Below are positions 8,887 through 18,576 of a stretch of 32,000 nucleotides of DNA, piece after piece. The stretch lies in assembly GCA_048882505.1 (NCBI GenBank), contig JBHLRO010000006.1, forward strand, positions 90,001-122,000. Direction: 5' to 3'. Within the stretch, counting starts at the first letter, position 1, and every line of letters begins with the position of its first letter. A model generated the notes under the pieces. The model searched no databases. It was given only the letters and a program-made list of their open reading frames with translations, and was not told the DNA's origin. Origin of the DNA: Candidatus Thorarchaeota archaeon. Its GTDB lineage: Archaea; Asgardarchaeota; Heimdallarchaeia; Hodarchaeales; Hodarchaeaceae. A program made the position numbers and the translations under genes.

Positions 8887-9543
8887 ATGTCTAAATTGTC
8901 TTATTCAAATCCCCCCAGCGAGGGGGCTCCCTGGCGTGTTGGAATATTACTTTTTAATGAAGTCGAAGTTTTGGACTTCTGCGGACCATTTGAGGTCTTT
9001 GCTGCAACTAGGTTTTTAGATCCGAATGGTGAAAGAACCGACAAGATTGTCTTCAAGGTTAAATTGATTTCACAAACTGGTAACATGGTAGAATGTCGCG
9101 GAGGGCTTAAAGTTATGCCTGATTTCAGCTTTACTTCATCACCAGATTTTGATATCGTGGTGGTTCCAGGAGGTTGGGGAACCAGGAAGGAGGTTGATAA
9201 TTCAATTTTGGTGAAATGGTTAAAATCACAGTGGGAGAAGGTTCAATTAATGACATCAGTATGTACAGGAAGCTTTCTTCTGGCAAAAACGGGAATATTA
9301 GACGGCTTCGAAGCTACAACGCATTGGGCGAGTCTTAAAAGGTTACAAAGGGCTTTTCCTACGGTAAAAGTTATTACAAATAAGCGATTCGTTATCACAG
9401 GACATGGCAGAATTGTTTCATCTGCTGGAATTTCATCGGGCATTGATATGGCTCTGTACCTGGTCAGCAAGCTGGTGGGACAGGAGATCGCGTTAAATAC
9501 TGCCAATCATATGGAATATCGTGGGGATTTCGTAGATGTATGA
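8887..9543 (+). CDS. DJ-1/PfpI (ThiJ/InhA-like) family protein
   Basis: EVLDFCGPFEVF, DIVVVPGG, nucleophile elbow SVCTG, ATTHW, SSAGISSGIDMAL. Confidence 0.92.
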   Translation: MSKLSYSNPPSEGAPWRVGILLFNEVEVLDFCGPFEVFAATRFLDPNGERTDKIVFKVKLISQTGNMVECRGGLKVMPDFSFTSSPDFDIVVVPGGWGTRKEVDNSILVKWLKSQWEKVQLMTSVCTGSFLLAKTGILDGFEATTHWASLKRLQRAFPTVKVITNKRFVITGHGRIVSSAGISSGIDMALYLVSKLVGQEIALNTANHMEYRGDFVDV

Positions 9544-9723
9544 CCATCATCCCAATTAGACCATCATCTCGACCGGACGTACACCAAATAATGATTTAGA
9601 GCCACCTTTGAAGGCCATATTTGTTACTTAGCGGCCTAGTCCTATTTAATAGTCCTCTTATTAATCCAAATTGAGATTTTTGGTGATAAGAAAGATGTCC
9701 TCGATCGTGTAGGCATTCTGCCA

Positions 9724-10092
9724 TCAATACAAGATATGGCTGATTTTTTGGATGAGTTGATTGAGCTCTAGGAGGAGATTTTCATCCTGATCGCCCTGAG
9801 CTGCGATCTTATCCCATGTTTCTCGAGTTAATCCATAACCTTGGAGGCGATCGTCCAAAATGAGACTCCACCGATAAACTCCTTCTCGGTACGATCCTGC
9901 TCTACTGAGAATAATATGGTATTCTAAAGCTAGCTGAAGATACACTTTTTGCTCTGTTGGCGTAAGGGAGGATTCTTGGATAGAATCGGGGAAGATATGC
10001 TCCAAAGGAAGTTGCGAACTGATCTTCATGGATGAAATCTGTCCCGTTGTAGATTTCTTTAGTGCTTCTAGAAGTTCCTCAAGTTCTTGCAT
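9724..10092 (-). CDS. Hypothetical protein (possibly the 3' fragment of a decayed gene)
   Basis: 122-aa ORF with protein-like composition; no family recognised; upstream minus-strand frames are also partly open. Confidence 0.45.
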   Translation of the reverse strand: MQELEELLEALKKSTTGQISSMKISSQLPLEHIFPDSIQESSLTPTEQKVYLQLALEYHIILSRAGSYREGVYRWSLILDDRLQGYGLTRETWDKIAAQGDQDENLLLELNQLIQKISHILY

Positions 10093-10263
10093 GCTGAATA
10101 CATCTCATTGGGTTTTCGATAATTTCTAATTCTCCGAATTTAATAGTCCCAACCACCAACCTTATAGCTTGACTTACAAAAAATTGGAAGTCCCTTTTTC
10201 ATCTCAAGTTAAACCTCTTCAATTTCTCAATTAATCCTGTTTGTAATACATGATCAAAATTCT

Positions 10264-10470
10264 TCAATCCTCTAGCTTGAAAAGAACCTTCAAGGCAAAG
10301 AATCGATCAACTTCATCATAGTAACGCTGGTTTTGCTCCCTTTCATTTTTGCTACGGGTGAATACGCGAGTACCCAGCTCGACCTCGTCATATATCTGAT
10401 AAAAAATCGAGATTCTCTGCAATAAGGTCTCCACCAGGTCGGGACTAATAATACCTGTAACCATTTGCAT
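10264..10470 (-). pseudogene. Probable gene fragment
   Basis: 68-aa ORF flanked on both sides by open stretches in other minus-strand frames. Confidence 0.3.
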
Positions 10471-10598
10471 AATATTCTAGTAAACGGGTTAAAAAACTAG
10501 ATAGGAACACTTCTCCGCAGAGTTGTGAATCATCACCGATGCATATTCCTTGTTTCTTCCCGATTGGTATAAGTGCGGAACTGATGCTTTATCACTAA

Positions 10599-10841
10599 GT
10601 GGGGCTGAAAGTGGAGCCCCCGGTTGAGATCGTGCATTATCAGGTTGAATTTGAGGAAAAGAAAATCATCTCTGGTCATTCCAAAGGTTGTCTCTTTGTT
10701 CATGGGACTCTGGGCCTTATTGACCCGACTGGAGTTAAAGAATACCCTTCATTGAGGTTTCTGGCTATATTTCGAGATCGGAATGCTCAAACGGTAAAAA
10801 TCAGGAAATCTTTTCGAGGAGATTTGGTTCGAGGGCGATAG
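10599..10841 (+). CDS. Hypothetical protein
   Basis: 80-aa ORF (GTG start); no motif recognised. Confidence 0.3.
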   Translation: MGLKVEPPVEIVHYQVEFEEKKIISGHSKGCLFVHGTLGLIDPTGVKEYPSLRFLAIFRDRNAQTVKIRKSFRGDLVRGR

Positions 10842-10873
10842 AATTGTTCCTAGAGTCGGATTGTTCATTTGGC

Positions 10874-11146
10874 ATGGGACATTTGATAGGCGTTTTTCTC
10901 TTTAGTGTTCCGTTGGGCTTCTTTACTGCTCTAATAATTGGGATAGTTTATTATCGTTTCAAGTGGCTTGATTACGGAGAGGGGGACAGACCTGATATTG
11001 GCGTTTCTGAATCCTTGGCGAATACCCCGATTGGAATCTACATTATATTTGAAAAATTATTACCTAATGGAATATTTTACCTCCTGGGAGGATTTTTTTC
11101 ATTCCTTTGGCTGATTATTCTCTTGTCACCAATGCTATCTCCATGA
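10874..11146 (+). CDS. Small two-TM membrane protein
   Basis: Two hydrophobic segments (LIGVFLFSVPLGFFTALIIGIVYY; GIFYLLGGFFSFLWLIILLS). ATG 10874 preferred over TTG 10844. Confidence 0.55.
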   Translation: MGHLIGVFLFSVPLGFFTALIIGIVYYRFKWLDYGEGDRPDIGVSESLANTPIGIYIIFEKLLPNGIFYLLGGFFSFLWLIILLSPMLSP

Positions 11147-11243
11147 TCTTATCCTTGAGGATTAAATCCGATAATTCAAGGTTGGTTTCAACTTTATAGG
11201 CTCTAAATGCATACTTAATACCATAACTGAGTCTTTCTCCATA

Positions 11244-11441
11244 ATGGGTGAGGATGAAGTTATCCTGAAAATTTGGATCATGGAGAGGCCAACCAAGCGA
11301 TGGAATACATTGTTACGAAGTATTGCAGACACAGTAATGAGAGAAGACTATAGGTCAAAGCATGGCCTTGATATTTCATTTAAAAGGATCAAGAGGGCAG
11401 AAGGGGGGTATTGGATACAAAAGGGAGGGAATGGAAGGTGA
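11244..11441 (+). CDS. Hypothetical small protein
   Basis: 65-aa ATG ORF; no motif recognised. Confidence 0.3.
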   Translation: MGEDEVILKIWIMERPTKRWNTLLRSIADTVMREDYRSKHGLDISFKRIKRAEGGYWIQKGGNGR

Positions 11442-11660
11442 TATAGAAATACATTGTTGATAAACTGGAATTATAGCAAGAGTCGAATAGGTGGGAATCG
11501 GGGAAGGAATGATGGCAGCGGAGCAGCGAAATAGATCTTAATATGAGATTATGTTCAAAGAAAGAAAAACCCAACCAGATCCAGTATGATATGGCTCACC
11601 GTTATTTAACTTTAGTACAGGCCCTTTAAGCGGCTTTTTGGCCTGAAAGGAGAAAATTTA

Positions 11661-12515
11661 TTGGCAACGGAAGTCGAATATCTGAAGAAACTTAATTTCC
11701 TCCAGCCTGAAGATCAAGATACCTCTATCCAGGAAAATCTTCATCATCAAGCAATTTGGGCAGATGTGTTTTGGCGAAGGCGCCATAATCATGCTAAAAG
11801 AGAGGATCCTGAATTAAAATTTATTTTTGATAGACCCGTCCGGCAACTGTTGGAAATCGGTGCGGCTTATGGCCGTATTTTGCGGAAAATTGCCCATGTC
11901 AACCAAAAAAGGCCTGATAAAGCAAGGCTAGTTGGAATAGAGATCTGTTCGCATTTTGACAGATATTTTGATGTTTATCGGGAACAACACCCAGTTTTGA
12001 ACGATGTCGAAATTCTATTTGATAATTTTTTAACAACCACACAATTAAAGACACACTCGTTCGATCTAATTCTTCTACCTAGGAACACGTTTCCAAGTCT
12101 CCCTTTTAAAACATTAAGGACTCTTTTTAGTGTCGTTAAACGAGTATTATGCCGCAAATGTATATGGATTTTTTCCACATACAGAATTTCTTCAAAATCG
12201 GTGCTCTTGGAGTTCATTGATAAGAGAGGCGGGTTTTTCAGTGAACTTCTGGGAGATCTAGGGGAGGAACCGATAGCAGCTGAGTATTATACCATGAAGG
12301 CCCAAAAAACGTCCTATGGGGCTCGAACTATAACATACATGTGCTATAATTCATTTACTCGAGGATATAAGCTAAAAAAACGGGAAATATTCTGAACAGT
12401 TCAAGAATATATACTCCCTGATCGCCTGAAAGAGTTAATTCTCAAAAATGGCTTTTCCATTGCCTTCCAAGATGAGTCGAGCCACTCAGCAATCTACGGA
12501 TTAACCCGAGGTTAA
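11661..12515 (+). pseudogene. Class I SAM-dependent methyltransferase interrupted by an in-frame TGA (12393-12395)
   Basis: AAAGGAG RBS and TTG start; motifs LLEIGAAYG, LVGIE, SFDLILL. The frame continues for 39 sense codons after the TGA (TVQEYILPDRLKELILKNGFSIAFQDESSHSAIYGLTRG*), which resembles a methyltransferase C-terminus. Confidence 0.72.
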
Positions 12516-12686
12516 GATAACATCCGAACCTCGGAAGTTTTAATGCCAATCAAAAACAAAGGATCGGAAATATATAGTGTAAACACAGGTTCCTCAAGGA
12601 CATCACTGGCTGGACATAAACTAATAGAAGTATGTTATGTATCTTCATGGAATAGGAAGCATTTAATCCCAGCAGGATTTCTTGAA

Positions 12687-13100
12687 CTACTTGGGGAGAT
12701 GATTAATCATCTTTTGCGCTGTCTTGAGATATGATTGGGCATCCTGCATCTGAAGGTGAATCAGAGCGTGACGATAGTCTGGATGAAAACGCTCGAGATA
12801 CCTCATTTGAGCTTGAAGTTGTTTTAACGCTTTTTCCGACCTTTTTTTCAGGGATTTAATGCGGGATTTTTCGGCTTCTAGCTTGGCTGACTCGAAGAGT
12901 TCCTTGGCCCTAGTAAGATCGAATTCAGCGCGTTTCAAATATCCCTGGAGAAGTAGAAGTTCAATACGGGCTCTAGATAGAGATTCTTTAAGATTTAGTC
13001 GCTCCAAGTCCCTCATAACGCTCTTAATTTCTCTCTCATAGTATGATATCTTATCAGCAATATTATTGGTGATTTGATATTTAGTTGCCATCTTACTCAC
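12687..13100 (-). CDS. Hypothetical all-helical protein (coiled-coil/TPR-like hairpin)
   Basis: 137 aa, rich in L/K/E/R/A with heptad-like periodicity; TPR-like segment LLQGYLKRAEFDLTRAKELFESA. Confidence 0.65.
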   Translation of the reverse strand: MSKMATKYQITNNIADKISYYEREIKSVMRDLERLNLKESLSRARIELLLLQGYLKRAEFDLTRAKELFESAKLEAEKSRIKSLKKRSEKALKQLQAQMRYLERFHPDYRHALIHLQMQDAQSYLKTAQKMINHLPK

Positions 13101-13286
13101 GTTATGTTCCTATGGATTTCATATATTCCTCAATACATTTACTTCTTTATCACTCAATAATGCTTTGGATTAGTCTCAGTTCAAACATCCTGTGGGACTT
13201 TAGTATCAATCGATCCATGCGCTTGATTTATGTCTCTAAATTTCAACTCTAAGACAATGATTCTTATGTTATCATTATAATTTGTA

Positions 13287-13315
13287 TATTTCAATAACAT
13301 CATATAAAGCTTTCT
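13287..13315 (-). promoter_or_regulatory. Archaeal BRE-TATA-like promoter, copy A
   Basis: Minus strand AGAAAGCTTTATATGATGTTATTGAAATA: purine-rich BRE plus TTTATAT box; 27/29 identical to 13851-13879. Confidence 0.55.
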
Positions 13316-13369
13316 GTTTTGGCTTCCGCTTGAATAGTATTTAGAAAACGTCAGGAAGATAGTATACAG

Positions 13370-13830
13370 CTAGAACGTAGCTGTACGGGCAACATCACCC
13401 TTTTTGGAAGCCGCCCCAGTTCTAATTAAAGACTTTAGAAAAGGGTGGTGTTCTCTTCTAAAAACCTGGACATATAACCGATTTGGGAGAGCCCTCAGAC
13501 CGGTATTACGAATGAAGAACCTAATTTCAATAAAACTACTGGTATCATCCTCGGGACTCCCTCCCCAAACTACCGATGTCTTGAACCCAAGGTAATCGTT
13601 TTTGGGGCCTTGCTTTAATACGGATTCCTCGGGGCGGTACCCTCTTGGTGACTCCACCGCAGCGTTCTTTAGTTAAGCTTAAAGATAGATAGTCTAAGAT
13701 TTTTTGTCCTTCTTGGGTGACGAGGAGAAGGGGATTATCTTCTAACAAACATCCTGGGTCAGTTTGGTGACGACCAAGCCTAGCAGTCAAATTTTGACTC
13801 GCAGGAGTCTCTCTAATACATTAGTTCCAT
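13370..13830 (-). pseudogene. Probable frameshifted gene (ORFs 13545-13790 and 13370-13657)
   Basis: Two overlapping minus-strand ORFs downstream of promoter copy B could be joined by a frameshift near 13670; no family recognised. Confidence 0.3.
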
Positions 13831-13850
13831 TGTTATTTGTATAGTTCGAT

Positions 13851-13879
13851 TATTTTAATAACATCATATAAAGTTTTCT
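13851..13879 (-). promoter_or_regulatory. Archaeal BRE-TATA-like promoter, copy B
   Basis: Minus strand AGAAAACTTTATATGATGTTATTAAAATA; near-identical to copy A, 564 bp away. Confidence 0.55.
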
Positions 13880-14273
13880 ATCCTGAAACAGCACCCTGAT
13901 GCTCTAGTGGCGTAGCTATCCGATATCAAAAGTCCTATTTTAAGACCTAGTAAAACTATTTGTCTTTTCATGCTTTCAAGCCTGCCGAATGGAAGTTTTA
14001 AGATTGCTTTGCAAAGCTGATTAAAAATGATCTAAAAAAACGACCTCAAAATTGGTCATATTAGCTTAGCAATTAAATTTAACCCTAGATCGCTGGAAAA
14101 AGGTTAAGGAACTTTATTCTTTCAGCTAATATACTAATGTTTACTTAAAAATCTGTTAAATGAAGAATGGAAACAAAATGAGCCCAAATCGATTAGCGAA
14201 ATTGGATTTATCTCTTCTAGGGGTGAAAAACCCCGTGATATCGATGTGCGAGTGAGGTGGAATACCGTGACCT

Positions 14274-15398
14274 TTAAGCTGAATACACTGATACAAATGG
14301 GAAAGTTTCGTGAACCATCTGATTTAAGGAATCATATTCTTCCTTTGAAAAGCCCGTTTCTGGTAGTACACCAAATGCTGTTGCAAATCGGCTTGTGAAG
14401 ATATTTAGGGAATTATTCAGTGCTTTTGACGTGTTAGAGGTAACTATTATGCAGGTTATGTTTGTTTGACGGTTTATCAGGAGTACAGAGTTTTCTAAAG
14501 AGAGTTCATGTAGTCCTGAAGAGAGTGCATCAACTACTGCAATCATTCCAGGGTGTAAATCCTCTAGATCGCGATCATTTTGAGAAATCCAACTGTATGA
14601 GACGAGAGGTTTTTTGGTATTAGTGTCGATAATTACCAATTGAGACGTTTTAAATGGTAGAATAAACAGTAATCTAGGGTCAGATATAAACGCAATCATA
14701 ATGAAAAAAGATCCAAGTAAATATGTTATTTCAACAAGTCCGATATCCAGAGGGAGTAACTGTGTTACGATCATTAATTGGGCAACAAGATAGATAAAAG
14801 AGCCAATTAAAAAAATACTGGCTTTATTCTTCAATTCTCCTGTGGAATTCATATAGAGATTTCCGGCATATATTATCACCAAAATCGCCCTAAAACTCCA
14901 AAAGATGATTTGGGTGTAATGAAGATAGGCCGACACAGATTTTGCTGCCGTTCCGGGAAGTGATGCGAATACAACCATCGCAGTGGCAATAATCCCGAAA
15001 ATGAAAAGCTTAATGGGATCATAAGAGGTTCTATGGGCTGAGTCAAAAAAGATGACCAAAAATATGGTAAATCCTGTAACGGTGAAAAACCCAGTAAAAC
15101 CTAAAACATCTGCTAAAGTCATCGAGACCAATTCACCAGTATTGAGAGTTTTCAAGATGGGAATCCCAATATCAGTCATCAGGAAATTTATGGAGAGATT
15201 ATAAGGATCTAAGGCGAGAACCAATAGTTGTAATCCCACTAAAAAGAACCATGCAAATACACCAAGATAATCTAAGGTAAACCAGAGGAATTGGCGGTAT
15301 CGGGTATTTAGCCATCTTCTAAAACTAACAACAAGTAGTATCGCAATTATAAGTGCGTGAAACAAGGTTATCATGGAAATTAAGAACAAATCTGCCAT
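14274..15398 (-). CDS. 7-TM membrane protein with C-terminal cytoplasmic longin/roadblock-like domain
   Basis: Seven hydrophobic helices in residues ~1-245 ending ..DPRLLFILPFK; a soluble alpha/beta tail of about 125 aa (QLVIID..KPLVSYSW..; SVLLINRQTNITCIIVTS..LNNSLNIFTSRF) with longin-like topology. Confidence 0.7.
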   Translation of the reverse strand: MADLFLISMITLFHALIIAILLVVSFRRWLNTRYRQFLWFTLDYLGVFAWFFLVGLQLLVLALDPYNLSINFLMTDIGIPILKTLNTGELVSMTLADVLGFTGFFTVTGFTIFLVIFFDSAHRTSYDPIKLFIFGIIATAMVVFASLPGTAAKSVSAYLHYTQIIFWSFRAILVIIYAGNLYMNSTGELKNKASIFLIGSFIYLVAQLMIVTQLLPLDIGLVEITYLLGSFFIMIAFISDPRLLFILPFKTSQLVIIDTNTKKPLVSYSWISQNDRDLEDLHPGMIAVVDALSSGLHELSLENSVLLINRQTNITCIIVTSNTSKALNNSLNIFTSRFATAFGVLPETGFSKEEYDSLNQMVHETFPFVSVYSA

Positions 15399-15477
15399 AA
15401 TAATCGAATTCCGACCTAAAGAGGGATAGGGCTAGTTTCCTTTGAATTCACTCAATTAAACCGTAAAAACCTTTTAT

Positions 15478-16587
15478 TTATTGCTGCGAGCCTTGAAGGC
15501 TTTCCAAAATGTGCTCTTGAATCATCATGCAGCTGTTTCCATCAAGGGATTCAACATCCTTTAAAGCAGTAGTAGCTGTTTGCAAGGCGATCAGGAATTC
15601 TGCTCTTTTTTTCTCAAATATCTGATGAAGGTCTTGGTCATAAACCAATAAGATTGCTATGGGGATTTTCATCAGATTTTTTATTATGCGAGGATCGATT
15701 GATGATTTATCAACTAACTTTGTCCAATAAACTTCAAAGATCCAATCCTTAAGCTTTTCTTCCTTTCCCAGGATTGGAAATGGACCAAAAAGAGTATCTA
15801 ACTTATCAGGCTGGTACATTCGTGCGCTATACATTAGACTTGAGAGGATTTCGGAATCATCAAGCATGGTGGTCAGGAGCTCGTTCTTCTGTTCGATTCT
15901 AAATCCACGATTTTCATCAAATAAGCCAATTGCTATACCTATTGCAAATCGATCTCTCATTATGCGACTTTTACCTCTCAGGTTGGCTTGTTGTCTCTTT
16001 CTATATAAAACGGGAAGGATGAGAATTAGGATCAGTAGAAAGATAAGAGAAAAAGCGGCGGAAATCCGAAGCAATGGAGGAATAATATGACTAAGTTCAA
16101 AACGAACGATATCCTCACTGATAAGACCCACAGAACAAGTTGAGGTTATACGAATATAGATCAAACCATTGATAATAAAGGGTAAATCCCACGTAAAAGA
16201 GGTTTTATCCTGGACTGTTGCAATAAAATGCCAATCATTACTGAAACGCTGCAAATCAGGAGATGATGAAGGAAATTCCGGCAGGTTGCCGGACCATAGA
16301 TAATGCAAGGTATACGTGATTACATGACCAGCTGAATCGGAGGCTGCAATCCATTCGATGTTTAAACTTTCCAGAAAATAAACGATGGTAGAATTCTCAA
16401 TCGGTGAAATGATTGTTGGGGGAGCTAGAGTGTGATTCGCGGGTATTTGCTTTGAAGAAAAGGGAGAGATTAAATGGGGCATGAAATTTGATTCTTGAGT
16501 GGTTAATGAAGTATTGATACCAGGGCGGATAATTAGCAGAAAGATAACTGAAATTCCGAGACTCCATTGATTTCTACGCATAATCAT
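15478..16587 (-). CDS. Single-pass receptor-like protein: signal peptide, Fn3/Ig-like ectodomain, TM, cytoplasmic alpha/beta domain
   Basis: N-terminal signal; APPTIISP..LNIEW..SDSAGHVITYTLHY..W..IA..SFTWDL..IYIRI pattern; TM LLRISAAFSLIFLLILILILPVLY; cytoplasmic domain paralogous to the next gene. Confidence 0.72.
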   Translation of the reverse strand: MIMRRNQWSLGISVIFLLIIRPGINTSLTTQESNFMPHLISPFSSKQIPANHTLAPPTIISPIENSTIVYFLESLNIEWIAASDSAGHVITYTLHYLWSGNLPEFPSSSPDLQRFSNDWHFIATVQDKTSFTWDLPFIINGLIYIRITSTCSVGLISEDIVRFELSHIIPPLLRISAAFSLIFLLILILILPVLYRKRQQANLRGKSRIMRDRFAIGIAIGLFDENRGFRIEQKNELLTTMLDDSEILSSLMYSARMYQPDKLDTLFGPFPILGKEEKLKDWIFEVYWTKLVDKSSIDPRIIKNLMKIPIAILLVYDQDLHQIFEKKRAEFLIALQTATTALKDVESLDGNSCMMIQEHILESLQGSQQ

Positions 16588-16607
16588 CTCTCGGTGCCAC
16601 TGGTAGG

Positions 16608-17312
16608 CTAGAGTAATGATAATAATAGTATCTCATTTTGTAAGGTTTCAATGTTACCTGCAAGCTTGTTGAAATTTTCAAATCGGATTTTAAGTTTCTC
16701 AAGGTAACTGGTAAAGACTTCTTTTCGGTCAATAATACGGGATTCAACCTCTTTAGGATAAGTTATCAAAAGGATTGCTAAAGGGGACGTGTTTTTGTGA
16801 TTTTCCCGTGTATGGAACTTAAAACCAAAAGAAAAATAGTTGATTGCAGGCAAATCATTTTGAAGAATGTCACCTGTTCGTATCATTAGTTGACTATCTA
16901 CTGGAAAAGGGCCATACAATTGATCAAGTTTCCCTTGCATATACAGAACAGCACTATACTCCAAAAGACTCTTGATGTAATGATCAGGTAAAGAAAATCG
17001 ATCACTTTTTGCAAAGAGCTTCATTGAATCATCGATTAAGACTCCAAATGCAATTCCAAATTCTAACATCCTTTTACGAACTTTAGATGGAACCGTACTT
17101 ATTGTTGGCTTCTCAGGTTTCAAATTCAGTTGGTATAAGATTATTGGGGTAGATATAACAAGAATGATCAGAATTACGGCCGAAATCAAAGTTAATTGTT
17201 CCTCATCAAACAAACTAATTCCATAAAATGTTGCCATGATTAATGTGGCAATTAATATGGAGGAGAAAGCAATAATTCCTATGATCACTACATGTAGAGG
17301 TGGCTTTTCCAT
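16608..17312 (-). CDS. Two-TM membrane protein with the same cytoplasmic alpha/beta domain
   Basis: Two N-terminal TMs. Shares GIAxG, YSAxxY..KLDxLxGPFP and AILL motifs with 15478-16587. ATG 17312 follows GGAG (TTG 17324 is the longest ORF). Confidence 0.72.
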   Translation of the reverse strand: MEKPPLHVVIIGIIAFSSILIATLIMATFYGISLFDEEQLTLISAVILIILVISTPIILYQLNLKPEKPTISTVPSKVRKRMLEFGIAFGVLIDDSMKLFAKSDRFSLPDHYIKSLLEYSAVLYMQGKLDQLYGPFPVDSQLMIRTGDILQNDLPAINYFSFGFKFHTRENHKNTSPLAILLITYPKEVESRIIDRKEVFTSYLEKLKIRFENFNKLAGNIETLQNEILLLSLL

Positions 17313-17439
17313 TACAATCTCCAAAACTAGACGAATTATCCAGTAGAAATAGGCTGACCAGATCTAAGGAACCAAATATAATTAGATCTCTATTTTTCGT
17401 AATAATTATATCCGCTATGAATATATAACTCCTGATAGT

Positions 17440-18576
17440 TTGACTTCAATAGTCATGGACTCCCTCCCGATCGACCTCCAAGATACGGTTCGCTTTGAAC
17501 CTTTGATCCATGACCTCTACGAAGGTAAAATTAACGAACAACACGCTCGTATACTGGCTGTTCTATTTAAACTTGGAGGGTATACTACTCTGAATACCCT
17601 TCCCGGCCTCTTGAAAATGGGCCAACCTACTATTAGTATTCGAGTCGATGAACTAGTAAATATGGGGCTAGTTAGGAAAAATACTGAATTAATGCCGATG
17701 TCAATAGTACTTTTGATTTCACCAGCCACTCTTCATCAGAAAACTCAAGAACGGATTAAGAAGGTTCGATATGCTTCAGAGTTTTTAATAAAAGTTTCCG
17801 ACGTTCCAGATAAGGTCTCCATTAAAGAATTGATAGAACGTGCATTAAATATTCTGTTCCCCAAGGAAAAGAAAACCCCCCAGATCCTTAGTTCCTCGTA
17901 TGTATATCCAGATAAACTTGTTGAATATAACGAATCCCCAGATGAGGTTTCTGATTATATTCATGTCCTTACCCAAAAGGGCAAAAGGCCGCTCCTACGT
18001 TACTCTAGGCCTGCTTTACCCCTGGCTTTGTGTGCTAGAAGCAGGCTTAGCTACCATGAGGCTAAATACGAATATTACACTTCTTTGATAGAAGAATTAA
18101 CGAACTACGTTTCAGAAGAACACGTGTCGATTATTCCCCACCAACTATTGAGATTTCCGTCAGAGATTAGAAGCAGAATTGATACGTGCTTGAAGCACTA
18201 TCAAGAGATCCGAATAATCGACAACAATATCTTCAAATCAAGAGACGGAGAGATGGGCATAGTAGATCTAGTTGCTAACTCAGATAGTTTTAGGAAGGAT
18301 TCCCCTTCGGGAAATAACCATGTGGTTAAGGTTATTTCGCAAGAAAAGCACAAAGGAGGATCGAATTGGGAAAAGGGATTCATTTTTCGGTATGTCCAAT
18401 TAGCTGATGCAATCAATCGTGATTATGTCACACGTGACTTCTTGATTTTTGGACAACACGGTTGTCTGGTAATACCCTCCCGAGAGAACATTGTGGCGTA
18501 TTACAACATTACGCCATCGTTTACTGATAACATATCAGAGATATTTGAAAAATATTGGAGCGCTGCAAATGCTTAG
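17440..18576 (+). CDS. TrmB-like winged-helix transcriptional regulator
   Basis: ARILAVLFKLGGYTTLNTLPGLLKMGQPTISIRVDELVNMGLVRK is a TrmB/wHTH pattern; long C-terminal effector-like region. Alternative start ATG 17455. Confidence 0.68.
   Translation: MTSIVMDSLPIDLQDTVRFEPLIHDLYEGKINEQHARILAVLFKLGGYTTLNTLPGLLKMGQPTISIRVDELVNMGLVRKNTELMPMSIVLLISPATLHQKTQERIKKVRYASEFLIKVSDVPDKVSIKELIERALNILFPKEKKTPQILSSSYVYPDKLVEYNESPDEVSDYIHVLTQKGKRPLLRYSRPALPLALCARSRLSYHEAKYEYYTSLIEELTNYVSEEHVSIIPHQLLRFPSEIRSRIDTCLKHYQEIRIIDNNIFKSRDGEMGIVDLVANSDSFRKDSPSGNNHVVKVISQEKHKGGSNWEKGFIFRYVQLADAINRDYVTRDFLIFGQHGCLVIPSRENIVAYYNITPSFTDNISEIFEKYWSAANA

Noticed and set aside
13320-13800. Possible structured RNA (RNase P/SRP) in a relatively GC-rich stretch
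   Set aside because: No RNase P GAGGAAAGUCC or SRP helix-8 signature found on either strand; frameshifted ORFs explain it at least as well.
17360-17389. AGATCTA-N16-TAGATCT inverted repeat with partial similarity (AGATCTA-N5-CCAAAT) to the cassette core
   Set aside because: Different arm spacing and only about 14/18 match in AT-rich DNA. Could be a TrmB operator, but it cannot be supported as a third att site.
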